Source: Candidatus Fermentimicrarchaeum limneticum
GTDB taxonomy: Archaea > Micrarchaeota > Micrarchaeia > Burarchaeales > Fermentimicrarchaeaceae
Assembly: GCA_013426015.1 (NCBI GenBank)
Contig: CP058998.1
Location: forward strand, 920,142 to 984,141
Length of the DNA stretch: 64,000 nucleotides
Direction of reading: 5' to 3'
In this document: in pieces, positions 25,725-35,087 of the stretch
Position numbering within the stretch: position 1 is the first letter of the stretch
How the letters are laid out: each line of letters begins with the position of its first letter
Translations under genes and position numbers: made by a program
Notes under the pieces: model-generated
What the model was told of the DNA's origin: nothing
What the model saw: the letters and a program-made list of their open reading frames with translations, nothing else
The model's database searches: none

Positions 25725-27359
25725 ATGAATTTGGGTGGGATTATGGGTGAAACTCTTGGGCACATTCTGTTTCTGATAATCGGTTTATTCATCGGCGCTT
25801 TGATAATCTTCCTTCTCTTCTGCACACTCAACAGACCCTGCGACTTTCTCTCCAACCTCATCAACCCACGGCCTGCAAACTGTGACGGCGGAACCTGCGC
25901 GCAGGCAGGCCAGCTGTGCGGGTATGGAACCTACCAGGTTTACGGGACGGACATACAGACGACTACAACTTACTACGGAAAGTGCTGCGAGGGGCTTGCC
26001 TGTATAGGCGGCTACTGCAAGGTCCCGACGGGGCAATGCATCGGTCTCCGCCAATTCTGCGGATACGGTCCGACAAATTTCTCCCACTACGAATCTCCTG
26101 CGTATTATGGGGAATGCTGTCAGGGTTACAAATGCATCGATGGCTACTGCGACATTCCCAGGGAATGTGCGTCTCAAGGCGGATCCTGTAGCTATGACTC
26201 GGACTGCTGCACAGGCTTCTCATGCGTTGATGGAAAATGCAGTGTAAAAGTCTGCCAGACCTCCGGTCCATGCACTTCAAGTAACGACTGCTGCTCTGGC
26301 TACTACTGCAACAAGGATACCTACCAATGCACCCCCGAATCATGCGGGTTACGCGGTTACTCCCCCTGCTACTCGGATGATGACTGCTGCACCGGGCTCG
26401 TATGCACCAATGGCACATGCACGGCCCCATGCATGACATCCGGCCCGTGCAATACAAGCACCGATTGCTGCCAACCTTATACGTGCATAAACGGCTACTG
26501 CAACATCCAGCCGACATGCACTTCAAGCGGAGGAGCCTGCAACAGCACATCGAGCTGTTGTTCCGGACTAGCATGCTCGGATGGGACGTGTAAAACTCCA
26601 TGCAAGACTTCTGGCACTTGCGGCACAGACTCAGATTGTTGTACTGGCTACTACTGCAGCGTGAACGGCTACTGCCTTGTCAGACCGACCTGCAGGTACG
26701 AATACGCCTCATGCAATTACAGCAGCGACTGCTGCCAGCCTTATGTCTGCACCAACGGATACTGCACTACTCAATGTCAGGACGCCACGTGCACTAACAG
26801 CTCAGACTGCTGTCCAGGACGTTACTGCAGCCAGGATGGCCACTGCACATCCACACCATGCGCATCGCAGGCAGGTTCATGCACAACAGACACGGGCTGT
26901 TGCTCGCCTTACAAATGCGTGAACGGCTACTGCAGCATACCCCCAACCTGCCAGACTTCGGGAAGGTGCAGCACGGATACCGACTGCTGCTCCAACTACT
27001 ACTGCAGCGCTAACTTCTACTGCACGGTATGTATGACCGCAGGAAGCTGCACAAAGAACTCACAGTGCTGCAACGGCTACTGCAATGGCGATGGCTACTG
27101 CAGCTCGCAGGTATGCAAGACAGCGCAGGGGACATGCACCAATACAACCGACTGTTGCTATGGCTTGCACTGCAACTACGGAATCTGCTCCAACTGCGCC
27201 ACTTCCGGGAGATGCACCAGCAACTCGGACTGCTGCGAGGGCTACCAGTGCTCCAACTACTACTGCACTGCATGCTCGACAGGCTACTGCGCAAGCAGTT
27301 ACGAGTGCTGCCAAGGTTACTACTGCAGCCAGAACCAGCAGTGCACACCATATACCTGA
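25725..27359 (+). CDS. membrane-anchored, extremely Cys-rich repeat protein (16 tandem six-Cys knottin-like modules)
   Basis: 544 aa. The N-terminal hydrophobic span ILFLIIGLFIGALIIFLLF is followed by 16 modules of C-x(4-7)-C-x5-CC-x(3-4)-C-x(4-6)-C. The first two modules have a 20-21-residue second loop. Many N-x-S/T sequons are present. Confidence 0.8.
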   Translation: MNLGGIMGETLGHILFLIIGLFIGALIIFLLFCTLNRPCDFLSNLINPRPANCDGGTCAQAGQLCGYGTYQVYGTDIQTTTTYYGKCCEGLACIGGYCKVPTGQCIGLRQFCGYGPTNFSHYESPAYYGECCQGYKCIDGYCDIPRECASQGGSCSYDSDCCTGFSCVDGKCSVKVCQTSGPCTSSNDCCSGYYCNKDTYQCTPESCGLRGYSPCYSDDDCCTGLVCTNGTCTAPCMTSGPCNTSTDCCQPYTCINGYCNIQPTCTSSGGACNSTSSCCSGLACSDGTCKTPCKTSGTCGTDSDCCTGYYCSVNGYCLVRPTCRYEYASCNYSSDCCQPYVCTNGYCTTQCQDATCTNSSDCCPGRYCSQDGHCTSTPCASQAGSCTTDTGCCSPYKCVNGYCSIPPTCQTSGRCSTDTDCCSNYYCSANFYCTVCMTAGSCTKNSQCCNGYCNGDGYCSSQVCKTAQGTCTNTTDCCYGLHCNYGICSNCATSGRCTSNSDCCEGYQCSNYYCTACSTGYCASSYECCQGYYCSQNQQCTPYT

Positions 27360-27373
27360 TTTTTTTCTTTTTC
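27360..27373 (+). terminator. oligo-T tract (archaeal-type termination signal) after the Cys-rich gene
   Basis: TTTTTTTCTTTTTC begins immediately after the TGA at 27357-27359. Confidence 0.4.
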
Positions 27374-27450
27374 ATCCAACTAACGTTAGGAGCGAAACTG
27401 CAAGCAATGACATTAATAAATATACTCGACCAAATAATTTTGGTGGACCT

Positions 27451-27675
27451 ATGGCAAAGTACAAGGTTGAGGTTACCTACAAGCCAGGCGTGCTCGACCC
27501 CGAAGGCAAATCAACCCTTGGCGCTTTGAAGACGCTCGGCTTCAATGTTTCTGACGTGAAAAGCCTGAAGGCATACATAATCGAATGCCAGTGCGACGAG
27601 AAGAAGGTTGACGAGATGTGCAGGAAGCTGCTCTCCAACCCGATTATCCAGAACTACTCCATCCATAAGTTGTGA
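27451..27675 (+). CDS. purS: phosphoribosylformylglycinamidine synthase subunit PurS
   Basis: 74 aa. MAKYKVEVTYKPGVLDPEGKSTLGALKTLGF... It forms the C-terminal part of track ORF 27085-27675, and its stop overlaps the purL start (GTGA). Confidence 0.88.
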   Translation: MAKYKVEVTYKPGVLDPEGKSTLGALKTLGFNVSDVKSLKAYIIECQCDEKKVDEMCRKLLSNPIIQNYSIHKL

Positions 27676-30050
27676 GGTGTGGGATGCTCTGCGGCAAATC
27701 CGATTTCCCATTCACACTTTACTTCATAAAGATACGCGAGGCCTCGGATCCTGAGCTGAGGAGAATAAGTTCTGAGAGAAGCCTCTCGCTTGACCTGGGT
27801 GAGATGAGGAGGATACGGGAGCACTACAGGAAGCTGGGGAGGGACGCAACTGATGTTGAGTTGGAGATGATTGCGCAGATATGGTCGGAGCACTGCTGCC
27901 ACAAGACTCTGAGAGGAGACTTCAAGGATTCGAAGGGAAGGATGGTTGCAAGCAAGCTGCTGAAGAACACAATAATGAAGGCAACAAAAGATTTGAATTT
28001 CTCTTGGTGCAAGCTCGTCTTCAAGGACAATGCAGGGATAGTTGACTTTGACGGCAGGCATTCTCTGGCTTTCAAGGTTGAGACGCACAACCATCCCTCT
28101 GCTTTGGAGCCTTTCGGCGGTGCTTCAACAGGAGTCGGCGGGGTCATACGAGACATTCTTGGTGTGTGGGCCGACCCGATTGCAAACACAGATGTCCTCT
28201 GCTTCGCTCCCCTGGACTTTCCCGAGAAAAAGATTCCAAAGGGAATAAAGCAGCCGCGCTACTTATACAACGGGGTCGTTGCGGGAATAGGCGCATACGG
28301 GAACAACATGGGCATCCCGACAGTGAACGGGTCAATCCATTTTGACGAGAGTTACTTGGGCAACCCGCTCGTATACTGCGGCTGCCTAGGCTTGCTGCCG
28401 ATGAAGAAATTTGTGAAGAACACCAAGCCAGGCGACTGCATACTGCTTGCAGGAGGGAGGACAGGAAAGGATGGAATTCACGGCGTGACATTCGCATCAG
28501 CCGAACTCACCGAAACTTCCGAGGAATTGTCGCGTTCCGCAGTCCAGATTGGGGACCCGATTGAGGAGGAGAAGCTGAAAAGAGCACTTCTGAGGGTGAG
28601 GGACGAGGGATTTGCGTCTGCCATAACCGATCTGGGGGGAGGGGGCGTTTCCTGCGCCGTCAGCGAGATGGCCGAACGTTCTGGTTGCGGTGCAAGCGTA
28701 GAGCTTGACAACGTTCCTCTGAAATACCCGATGGATGCTCCTTGGGAGATATGGGTTTCCGAATCGCAGGAGAGGATGCTTCTCTCCGTACCTGAAAACA
28801 AGGTGGAGAAGGCACTTCAGGCATTTGAGGATGAGGACGTTGAGGCAACCGTGATAGGCCGCTTCAACGACTCAAAGCAGATATTCGTCCTCTACAAGGA
28901 CAAACCAGTTGCGAACCTATCAAACCACTTCTTATATGAGCTTCCCGTTGCAACCACAATTGTCAGGAAGCCCAAGACAAGGCAAAAGGAACCGGACTTC
29001 AAGCAACCGAAAAATCTCGGAGAAATCCTGCTTAAACTTCTTTCTTTGCCCTGCACTGCCAGCAAGGAGAGCGTCATACGCACCTACGACCACGAAGTCA
29101 AGGGTCACACTGTTGTGAAACCGTTGCAAGGTGAATTCCTTGACGGGCCCGGTGACGCCTGCGTGCTCAAACCGCTTCCCGGCTCATGGAAAGGAGTTGC
29201 GCTTTCAAACGGCTTCAACCCCAACTACGGCAAGATAGACTGCTACGCGATGGCTGCCTCTGCAGTCGACGAGGCAATCAGGAACAACATTGCCGTCGGA
29301 GGGAGGAGAATCGCGCTGCTGGACAACTTCTGCTGGGGTCCTCCGAAGAAGCCGGAGCTTGCCTATGGGTTGGTGGAAGCGTGCAATGCCTGCAGGGACA
29401 TGGCGCTCGCGTTCAAAACTCCATTCATCTCAGGCAAGGACAGCTTATACAACGAATACGCGGGCAGGCCCATAACGCCCTCCCTCCTCATCTCAGCTCT
29501 CGGCATAGTGCCGGATGTGAGAAAAACAATAACAATGGATGCAAAGAAGGCAGGCAGCCTCATCTACCTGATTGGCGAAACTCGCAGGGAGCTTGGAGGC
29601 TCGTCATACTATTCATTATTCAAACAATTGGGAGCTTCTGTTCCAAGGGTGAACCCAACAAAGGCAAGAGTGATTTTCAGCAAAGTTACGTCTGCAATCG
29701 ACAGAGGGATGCTCCTCTCCTGCCATGACCTGTCAGAAGGCGGGCTGGGGGTTGCTGCAGCCGAGATGGCTTTCTCGGGCAACACAGGTATGGAGCTTGA
29801 CCTGGGGCAGCTCAACTCAAAGGAGAGGAGTGACTTCCTTCTCTTCTCAGAATCTAACTCGCGTTTCCTGATTGAAATTTCCCCTGCAAAGCAGAAGAGC
29901 TTTGAAAAGCTCATGCGGGGTGTGCCTTTCTCAAGAATTGGCAGGACAACCAACCTAAAACAATTCGTAGTGCTTGGCGCAAACGGCGATGTCCTGATAG
30001 CAGAGCAGCTTGACAAACTGAGGAACACCTGGAAGGAGCCCCTGAAGTGA
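27672..30050 (+). CDS. purL: phosphoribosylformylglycinamidine synthase subunit PurL
   Basis: 792 aa. Contains WSEHCCHKT and VETHNHPSALEPFGGASTGVGGVIRD. The start may be the GTG at 27672 or the ATG at 27684. Confidence 0.93.
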   Translation: MRCGMLCGKSDFPFTLYFIKIREASDPELRRISSERSLSLDLGEMRRIREHYRKLGRDATDVELEMIAQIWSEHCCHKTLRGDFKDSKGRMVASKLLKNTIMKATKDLNFSWCKLVFKDNAGIVDFDGRHSLAFKVETHNHPSALEPFGGASTGVGGVIRDILGVWADPIANTDVLCFAPLDFPEKKIPKGIKQPRYLYNGVVAGIGAYGNNMGIPTVNGSIHFDESYLGNPLVYCGCLGLLPMKKFVKNTKPGDCILLAGGRTGKDGIHGVTFASAELTETSEELSRSAVQIGDPIEEEKLKRALLRVRDEGFASAITDLGGGGVSCAVSEMAERSGCGASVELDNVPLKYPMDAPWEIWVSESQERMLLSVPENKVEKALQAFEDEDVEATVIGRFNDSKQIFVLYKDKPVANLSNHFLYELPVATTIVRKPKTRQKEPDFKQPKNLGEILLKLLSLPCTASKESVIRTYDHEVKGHTVVKPLQGEFLDGPGDACVLKPLPGSWKGVALSNGFNPNYGKIDCYAMAASAVDEAIRNNIAVGGRRIALLDNFCWGPPKKPELAYGLVEACNACRDMALAFKTPFISGKDSLYNEYAGRPITPSLLISALGIVPDVRKTITMDAKKAGSLIYLIGETRRELGGSSYYSLFKQLGASVPRVNPTKARVIFSKVTSAIDRGMLLSCHDLSEGGLGVAAAEMAFSGNTGMELDLGQLNSKERSDFLLFSESNSRFLIEISPAKQKSFEKLMRGVPFSRIGRTTNLKQFVVLGANGDVLIAEQLDKLRNTWKEPLK

Positions 30051-30054
30051 TAAT

Positions 30055-30852
30055 ATGAAGCGCATATGCGTGATGAGGGTTGCCGGAACGAACCGGGATT
30101 ATGATACCATGGAAATCCTCTCCTACCTCGGGGCACATGCAGAAACAATCCACATGAACGAGTTCCTTAGAGGAAGGAAGAGTCTGCTCGACTACGATGC
30201 ATTCATCTTCCCGGGCGGCTTCTCATACGGTGACAGGATACGCTCCGGAGCAATCTGGGCGAAGCAGCTCATCTACAAGCTCTCGGATGACTTCAGGAAA
30301 ATTGCAGATGAAGGCAGGCCAATCCTCGGCATATGCAACGGGATGCAGGTTGTCGTTGAGGCAGGTCTGATTCCAGGTATGGAGGGCATAAGCGAATACC
30401 CCGAGGCAGCAATGGGAGTGAACGTATCATCAAGATTCGAGTGCAGGTGGGTTTACCTCAAGAACTTCTCAAGAGGCAGCTGCCTCTTCGCCAAGGAAAT
30501 TCCCAGAAACACAGTCATACGTGTGCCTGTTGCGCACGAGGAGGGAAGGTTCACCCTGCCGAAGAAGAAGGAAAAAGAACTGCTCCGCACATTTGAGAGG
30601 AACGACCAGATAGTCTTCCGCTACTGCGATGAGAAAGGAGAAGTTGCAAACGGAAAATACCCGCTCAACCCAAACGGCGCATTCTCAGACATAGCAGGCG
30701 TGTGCAACCCAGAGGGCAATGTTCTTGCCTTCATGCCCCATGCGGAGGACGCATGTTTCTACTACCAGCATCCAGACTGGACAAGAAAAGGGCTGAAAGG
30801 GGAGATGGGTGGCATCCTGCTTTTCAAGAGCCTACTCTCATACCTAAAATAA
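30055..30852 (+). CDS. purQ: phosphoribosylformylglycinamidine synthase subunit PurQ (glutaminase)
   Basis: 265 aa. Contains PGGFSYGD, GICNGMQ and MPHAED. Confidence 0.9.
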   Translation: MKRICVMRVAGTNRDYDTMEILSYLGAHAETIHMNEFLRGRKSLLDYDAFIFPGGFSYGDRIRSGAIWAKQLIYKLSDDFRKIADEGRPILGICNGMQVVVEAGLIPGMEGISEYPEAAMGVNVSSRFECRWVYLKNFSRGSCLFAKEIPRNTVIRVPVAHEEGRFTLPKKKEKELLRTFERNDQIVFRYCDEKGEVANGKYPLNPNGAFSDIAGVCNPEGNVLAFMPHAEDACFYYQHPDWTRKGLKGEMGGILLFKSLLSYLK

Positions 30853-30853
30853 G

Positions 30854-31669
30854 TCACCTCACACGATACACACGAACAAAATAGTTGCTGATGGGAATCC
30901 TCTCCACATTAAATCTATCCGCCACCTTCTCATTAAAATCCCCCCAGCACATTACATAACCACCCTCCTTTGTGCTCTCTATTAAATTTCCTAGGTATGC
31001 TTCCTCAGAGGATACCGAACCACCATATATGAATGAGAAAGTTATATCTGCTTTAACAGGTGCAGGACCTTTCTCTATATCCAATGGTTTTGGGCAGACT
31101 ATTCTTTCCCTATATTCTTTGGGTATCTTTACAGATACAACTCGCCAGAAACCCTTTTCCTCCTTCCCATGAAACTCAGGAAAAAATCTTTTAAAATACT
31201 CGCCATCCCCTCCTGCTAATCTAATTTTCAGCACTTTACTAGATTTCACAGCCAGCAGCACATCCTGCCTTATATCCATCGCATACAGAGTGAACTCCTC
31301 AGGCGTTATCCCTGCATTTCTAATCTGATTCAGTAGCTCAAAAGGCTCAAAGGAGATATTAACCCTTTTAACACCTCTTTCTATCAAACTGAGCTTCTCT
31401 ACAACTCCACTTTCTTTTATAAGTTCATCAAGTTTATTTCTCTCCTCAATACCCAACCCTATCTCGTTTATTATTACTCTCTCCCCCTTATCCTTAAACT
31501 CCAGCAGTCTTCTCCCAAACTCCTCCATTGCAAGGTGGTTTCTCCCGAAAGAGGTCACTATTGGTTTCTGCGGATGCTCCCTAAAATGGTCAGCGAATCT
31601 TTCCCAAGGTCTGGCTTTCACTTCCTTGAAATCAGGCTTCTCCTCCAGAGGTTTCCTAGCCCAAACCAT
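30854..31669 (-). CDS. hypothetical protein (possible Rossmann/methyltransferase-like fold)
   Basis: 271 aa. Only weak motif-I-like (VIINEIGLG) and GG-loop (KEGGYVMC) strings are present. Confidence 0.4.
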   Translation of the reverse strand: MVWARKPLEEKPDFKEVKARPWERFADHFREHPQKPIVTSFGRNHLAMEEFGRRLLEFKDKGERVIINEIGLGIEERNKLDELIKESGVVEKLSLIERGVKRVNISFEPFELLNQIRNAGITPEEFTLYAMDIRQDVLLAVKSSKVLKIRLAGGDGEYFKRFFPEFHGKEEKGFWRVVSVKIPKEYRERIVCPKPLDIEKGPAPVKADITFSFIYGGSVSSEEAYLGNLIESTKEGGYVMCWGDFNEKVADRFNVERIPISNYFVRVYRVR

Positions 31670-31767
31670 ACCTAATTTTATGCCTTTTCTTGCTTAAAAA
31701 CATCTATCTCCTCGAAGGAGGCTAGGTATTAAAATCTCTCCTTCATAACTATACCGAAGCTGGTTTT

Positions 31768-32352
31768 ATGGCTAACGATGGAAAGATTATCATATCCGTT
31801 CATTGCGACGTTATCTGGAACGCCGCCCATGTAAAATTCGTCAGGAAAAGGAGACGTCGATATTACGAAGGCAACCTTGATAATGTCGTATGTGTAGGGG
31901 CAGTCCTGCGCTCCGTCATGCCGCGCGTGAGGGACAGGAGGGTCAAGTTCTACTTCACCAATGCAGAAGAAACTAACATGCTTGGGGCAAAGAAGGTGAT
32001 GCGCAGGGAGGGGCGTGCCCTCTACATACCGATAGACGTCACCCAAGCATCAAGAAACTCAGACGTTAATGTAGAGTGGATGCAACACTTGAATAAGAAG
32101 GTGCTGAAAAAGGTGCTTGGCCGCATCCCCAAGCTGAAGGTTGGTTTCAAGACAGGACATCCTGACGAGACAAGAATTTATGGGACGAAATACCCCACAT
32201 TCTCCCTGACTCTTCCACTTAAAGGTCGGATGCATGGAAAATCACGCGTCTCATTTTGGAAAGTAAAGCGCTTCGGGCTTTCTATAGTTGAGATACTGAG
32301 GAGAATAAGGATGAACTACGACAAGATATGCGAGTTCAAAGAGCGGTCCTGA
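31768..32352 (+). CDS. putative metallohydrolase (M28/M42-like ligand pattern), hypothetical
   Basis: 194 aa. The ordered ligand pattern is SVHCD, GNLDN, NAEETNMLGA, IDVT and MHGK. The call is weak. Confidence 0.35.
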   Translation: MANDGKIIISVHCDVIWNAAHVKFVRKRRRRYYEGNLDNVVCVGAVLRSVMPRVRDRRVKFYFTNAEETNMLGAKKVMRREGRALYIPIDVTQASRNSDVNVEWMQHLNKKVLKKVLGRIPKLKVGFKTGHPDETRIYGTKYPTFSLTLPLKGRMHGKSRVSFWKVKRFGLSIVEILRRIRMNYDKICEFKERS

Positions 32353-32797
32353 ATAGTAGGAAGAACCCCAACCCCACGAGAAAACTTGCCAAGTTATTTA
32401 TCAAGCTCATTGCAACAGCGTCATTCAGCTTCATCCTCTTCCTGTTGAGCAGGAATATCACTGTCGCTTCGAATGCAAAAACCATAATCTCCCCCACAGC
32501 AACTGGAATCCAGTAGTCAACATACCAGCTGACTATCACCACAAAAATCCAGAACAGAGGGACTGAAATGATGTTTGAAAGGATGGCACTCAACAATATC
32601 CACTTGCTCAGCTTCCTGAAGTGCAGGTACAATAAAGAGGTTACCAATTCCACTGCAACTGTTCCTACAAATGCAAGCAGCAGAACCACAAGAAAAGCGA
32701 CTCCTGCAAACAGCATAACGGGAAATGGGCTTATGTCCGCGTATACAATACCCGTGAGACATGCCAGAAGAAGAACGAGAATCAAGAGTTTTTTCAT
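32336..32797 (-). CDS. integral membrane protein, hypothetical
   Basis: 153 aa. A signal-like N-terminus is followed by about four hydrophobic spans. Confidence 0.5.
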   Translation of the reverse strand: MKKLLILVLLLACLTGIVYADISPFPVMLFAGVAFLVVLLLAFVGTVAVELVTSLLYLHFRKLSKWILLSAILSNIISVPLFWIFVVIVSWYVDYWIPVAVGEIMVFAFEATVIFLLNRKRMKLNDAVAMSLINNLASFLVGLGFFLLFRTAL

Positions 32798-32830
32798 ATC
32801 TTGCCTACCCCTTTGCGTATATAATACCTC

Positions 32831-34165
32831 TCAGTACAGATACCCCCAAGTATACAGCATATCGCTGTCAAGGTTCCATCTTTCCCCAATATCCGTCCTG
32901 TAGAACATGTTGGGAATCATCACATTCTTCACCCTTGAATATGCCTGCTTTCTTGCGTCATCCATGGTAACTCCTGAGCCGGTAACAATCAAGGCATAGC
33001 CGGACTGCCCAGCCAGTCGCCAGTCATCCTCCACAAGCTTCACATCACCAAGATGTATCCCATCAAGGTTTGACTTCTTGAACAGGATAGTTGCATCTTC
33101 TGAATACTTCTTGAAAGCATCCGGGTCGCTGAATGGGAATGGCGGGACTGCCACCACCACGCAAATCTGGAACCCCTTCTTCGTTTTAACTTCTTTTGCC
33201 TGCCCAGCAGCCAGCTCTTTGAGGAAGCTGCTCCACTCACTGGTAATCCCCTCAATCTGCAGGCTTATCGTGGGGTAACCCGGTCTCGCAGTGAACTCAA
33301 GTGGGAATATGCCTCTCGAATTGACGATACAATTTAGGTCGAAATATCCTGAATAACCAGATGCTTCCAGCACCGGCTTCATCTTCAGAAGGGTTTCATT
33401 GAAAAGCTTGTTCGGTGGACACCAGAAACTTGAAGTGCCCATTTCTCCCGTGTTTGGGCCAAGTCCGCCCGGAAACATCTTCTTATGTTCGAAATTTATG
33501 AATATTGGCTGCACGAACTCCTTCCCGTTGAAGAAAGTGCCTATTGCAACCTCCACACCCTGCACGAACTTCTGAAGCTGTAGGCTCATCTTCTTTGACC
33601 AACTCTTCTTGTAGTGCTCCAGAACATTTATCACGTCATTCCCGTCCTCCTCCTGCCCTATGAAGACCAACTCCTTCTCGTTCTGTGCCCTGCCACTGGG
33701 CTTTATCACATACCTATCAGGGTTCTTCTTCACAAACTCTACAGCATCATCAAACCCCACAAAATCCCAGTGTGGCAGCGTGTTGACTCCGGCCTTGTTC
33801 AGCTCGTCCTGACCGAACTCCCTGTCATCCTCCAGCCTGTCCGTGTAGAGAGAACCGCCGACAACCAGCTTCCCGTCCTTCCTCAAATCCTCCGCAATCT
33901 GCCCGAAGCCCACATCGTCAAGAATTATCACGTCCGCCCAGTCCTTGAACTCCTTCCAGTCATCGCACTTGTCAACAAACCCATCGCAAATATCTTTTTC
34001 AGACTTGTCCCGGATGTAATACTTCACCTCGCTTCCTTCCTTCTTCACCTGCCAGGCCAAATCCCCAATTAAACCTTCATAGGAAACGAAAAGGAATTTC
34101 AGCGGCTTCTTCTCCTCTTTTTTCTCTTCGGCTGCAACTACAGTTCCATTTGAGTTGGGAGACAT
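32831..34165 (-). CDS. ATP-grasp enzyme, phosphoribosylamine-glycine ligase (PurD)-like
   Basis: 444 aa. It has a PurD-like N-domain (FLFVSYEGLIGDLAWQVKKEG) followed by an ATP-grasp core (YVIKPSG...E). It is divergent from canonical PurD. Confidence 0.5.
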   Translation of the reverse strand: MSPNSNGTVVAAEEKKEEKKPLKFLFVSYEGLIGDLAWQVKKEGSEVKYYIRDKSEKDICDGFVDKCDDWKEFKDWADVIILDDVGFGQIAEDLRKDGKLVVGGSLYTDRLEDDREFGQDELNKAGVNTLPHWDFVGFDDAVEFVKKNPDRYVIKPSGRAQNEKELVFIGQEEDGNDVINVLEHYKKSWSKKMSLQLQKFVQGVEVAIGTFFNGKEFVQPIFINFEHKKMFPGGLGPNTGEMGTSSFWCPPNKLFNETLLKMKPVLEASGYSGYFDLNCIVNSRGIFPLEFTARPGYPTISLQIEGITSEWSSFLKELAAGQAKEVKTKKGFQICVVVAVPPFPFSDPDAFKKYSEDATILFKKSNLDGIHLGDVKLVEDDWRLAGQSGYALIVTGSGVTMDDARKQAYSRVKNVMIPNMFYRTDIGERWNLDSDMLYTWGYLY

Positions 34166-34217
34166 GAATTGATTTGATATTCAACTAGTTATAAACTTTT
34201 CTAAAAATTCATCTGGC

Positions 34218-35039
34218 TCAATTCAAATTCTTGAAACTCTTGCTCACACCTTCGCTCCAGAAGCTCGGAAGCCCATTCTCAACGACCCCCCTCAACTCAT
34301 CCGAGTACACATAGGTGGCTTCTGCCCCGGCATCCTTCCCCAGGCTCCTCTCCGCCTCCTCGTATATGTCGCGTATCCTCTTCCTCTCAAAATCCTTCTG
34401 CAGCAGGGATGACTTTTTGAGCAGCAGGTAATCTGCCTGCCTTATCGCATTCACGTCAAGGTTTGCCGAATTCTGCGAGATGAATAGTATGCTCAAGTCC
34501 TTGTGCCTCGCAACCACTAGCAGGGCCGAGAGAAGCTTGTTTGCATCCGACATTGAATCCCTGGATGAGAACAACACTCCTCCTTCGTCAACGAGCACGA
34601 ACGAGCCGTTCTTCACTTCCTCGATTCTCCTCACAGCCTTTACCCATCCCGGCAGCTTATCCTCCGCGAACCCCATCGCGCATACCGCCCTTCCACTTTT
34701 TGCATGGACATTCTCCAAAATCCTCATTCCGAGTGCGCTCTTCCCGCTGCCCCTTGCCCCCAGAATCAAGCCTACAGTGCTCTTCGAGCCGAGCAGCTTT
34801 TCCTCAAAACTTTCAACAGACCCCTCGACAACCTTGACCGGCCTAAGCTCCAAATAGCCAGGCTTAACCCTCGGCTTCCTCACTCCTTTCAGGGCTGCGT
34901 TTGCGGAAGCACGGAACAAATTATAAATCCATGCAAACGTGCTGCCAGCTAGCCCCCAAATAAATCCCAGCATGCCAGCAACAGAACCCCAGAAACCCCT
35001 TCTATTCGCCATGTTAGTAAGATGGATGCGCATCAACAA
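34218..35039 (-). CDS. membrane-anchored P-loop NTPase, Zot-like
   Basis: 273 aa. It has an N-terminal hydrophobic span, Walker A GARGSGKS, Walker B FVLVDEGG, and ARHKDLSILFISQNSANLDVNAIRQADYLL, which is reminiscent of Zot/pI-type NTPases. Confidence 0.45.
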   Translation of the reverse strand: MLMRIHLTNMANRRGFWGSVAGMLGFIWGLAGSTFAWIYNLFRASANAALKGVRKPRVKPGYLELRPVKVVEGSVESFEEKLLGSKSTVGLILGARGSGKSALGMRILENVHAKSGRAVCAMGFAEDKLPGWVKAVRRIEEVKNGSFVLVDEGGVLFSSRDSMSDANKLLSALLVVARHKDLSILFISQNSANLDVNAIRQADYLLLKKSSLLQKDFERKRIRDIYEEAERSLGKDAGAEATYVYSDELRGVVENGLPSFWSEGVSKSFKNLN

Positions 35040-35087
35040 AAATCTTTGCTCTGTTCCGAAAACAGCCCTCCAATTTTGTGTGGATTG

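Noticed and set aside
25900-27350. CRISPR-like periodicity of about 80-90 nt repeats.
   Set aside because: The periodicity is in-frame coding repetition of the six-Cys module. There are no identical direct repeats separated by unique spacers, and no cas genes are in the window.
25785-27675. Many long overlapping ORFs on both strands and in several frames across the Cys-rich gene (for example 25963-26601 minus, 27010-27375 minus and 27085-27450 plus).
   Set aside because: They are a by-product of the repetitive, TGC/AGC/ACC-rich composition, which depletes stop codons in all frames. Their translations are low-complexity (R/S/C/A-rich). Only the plus-strand frame gives a regular module architecture with an N-terminal anchor.
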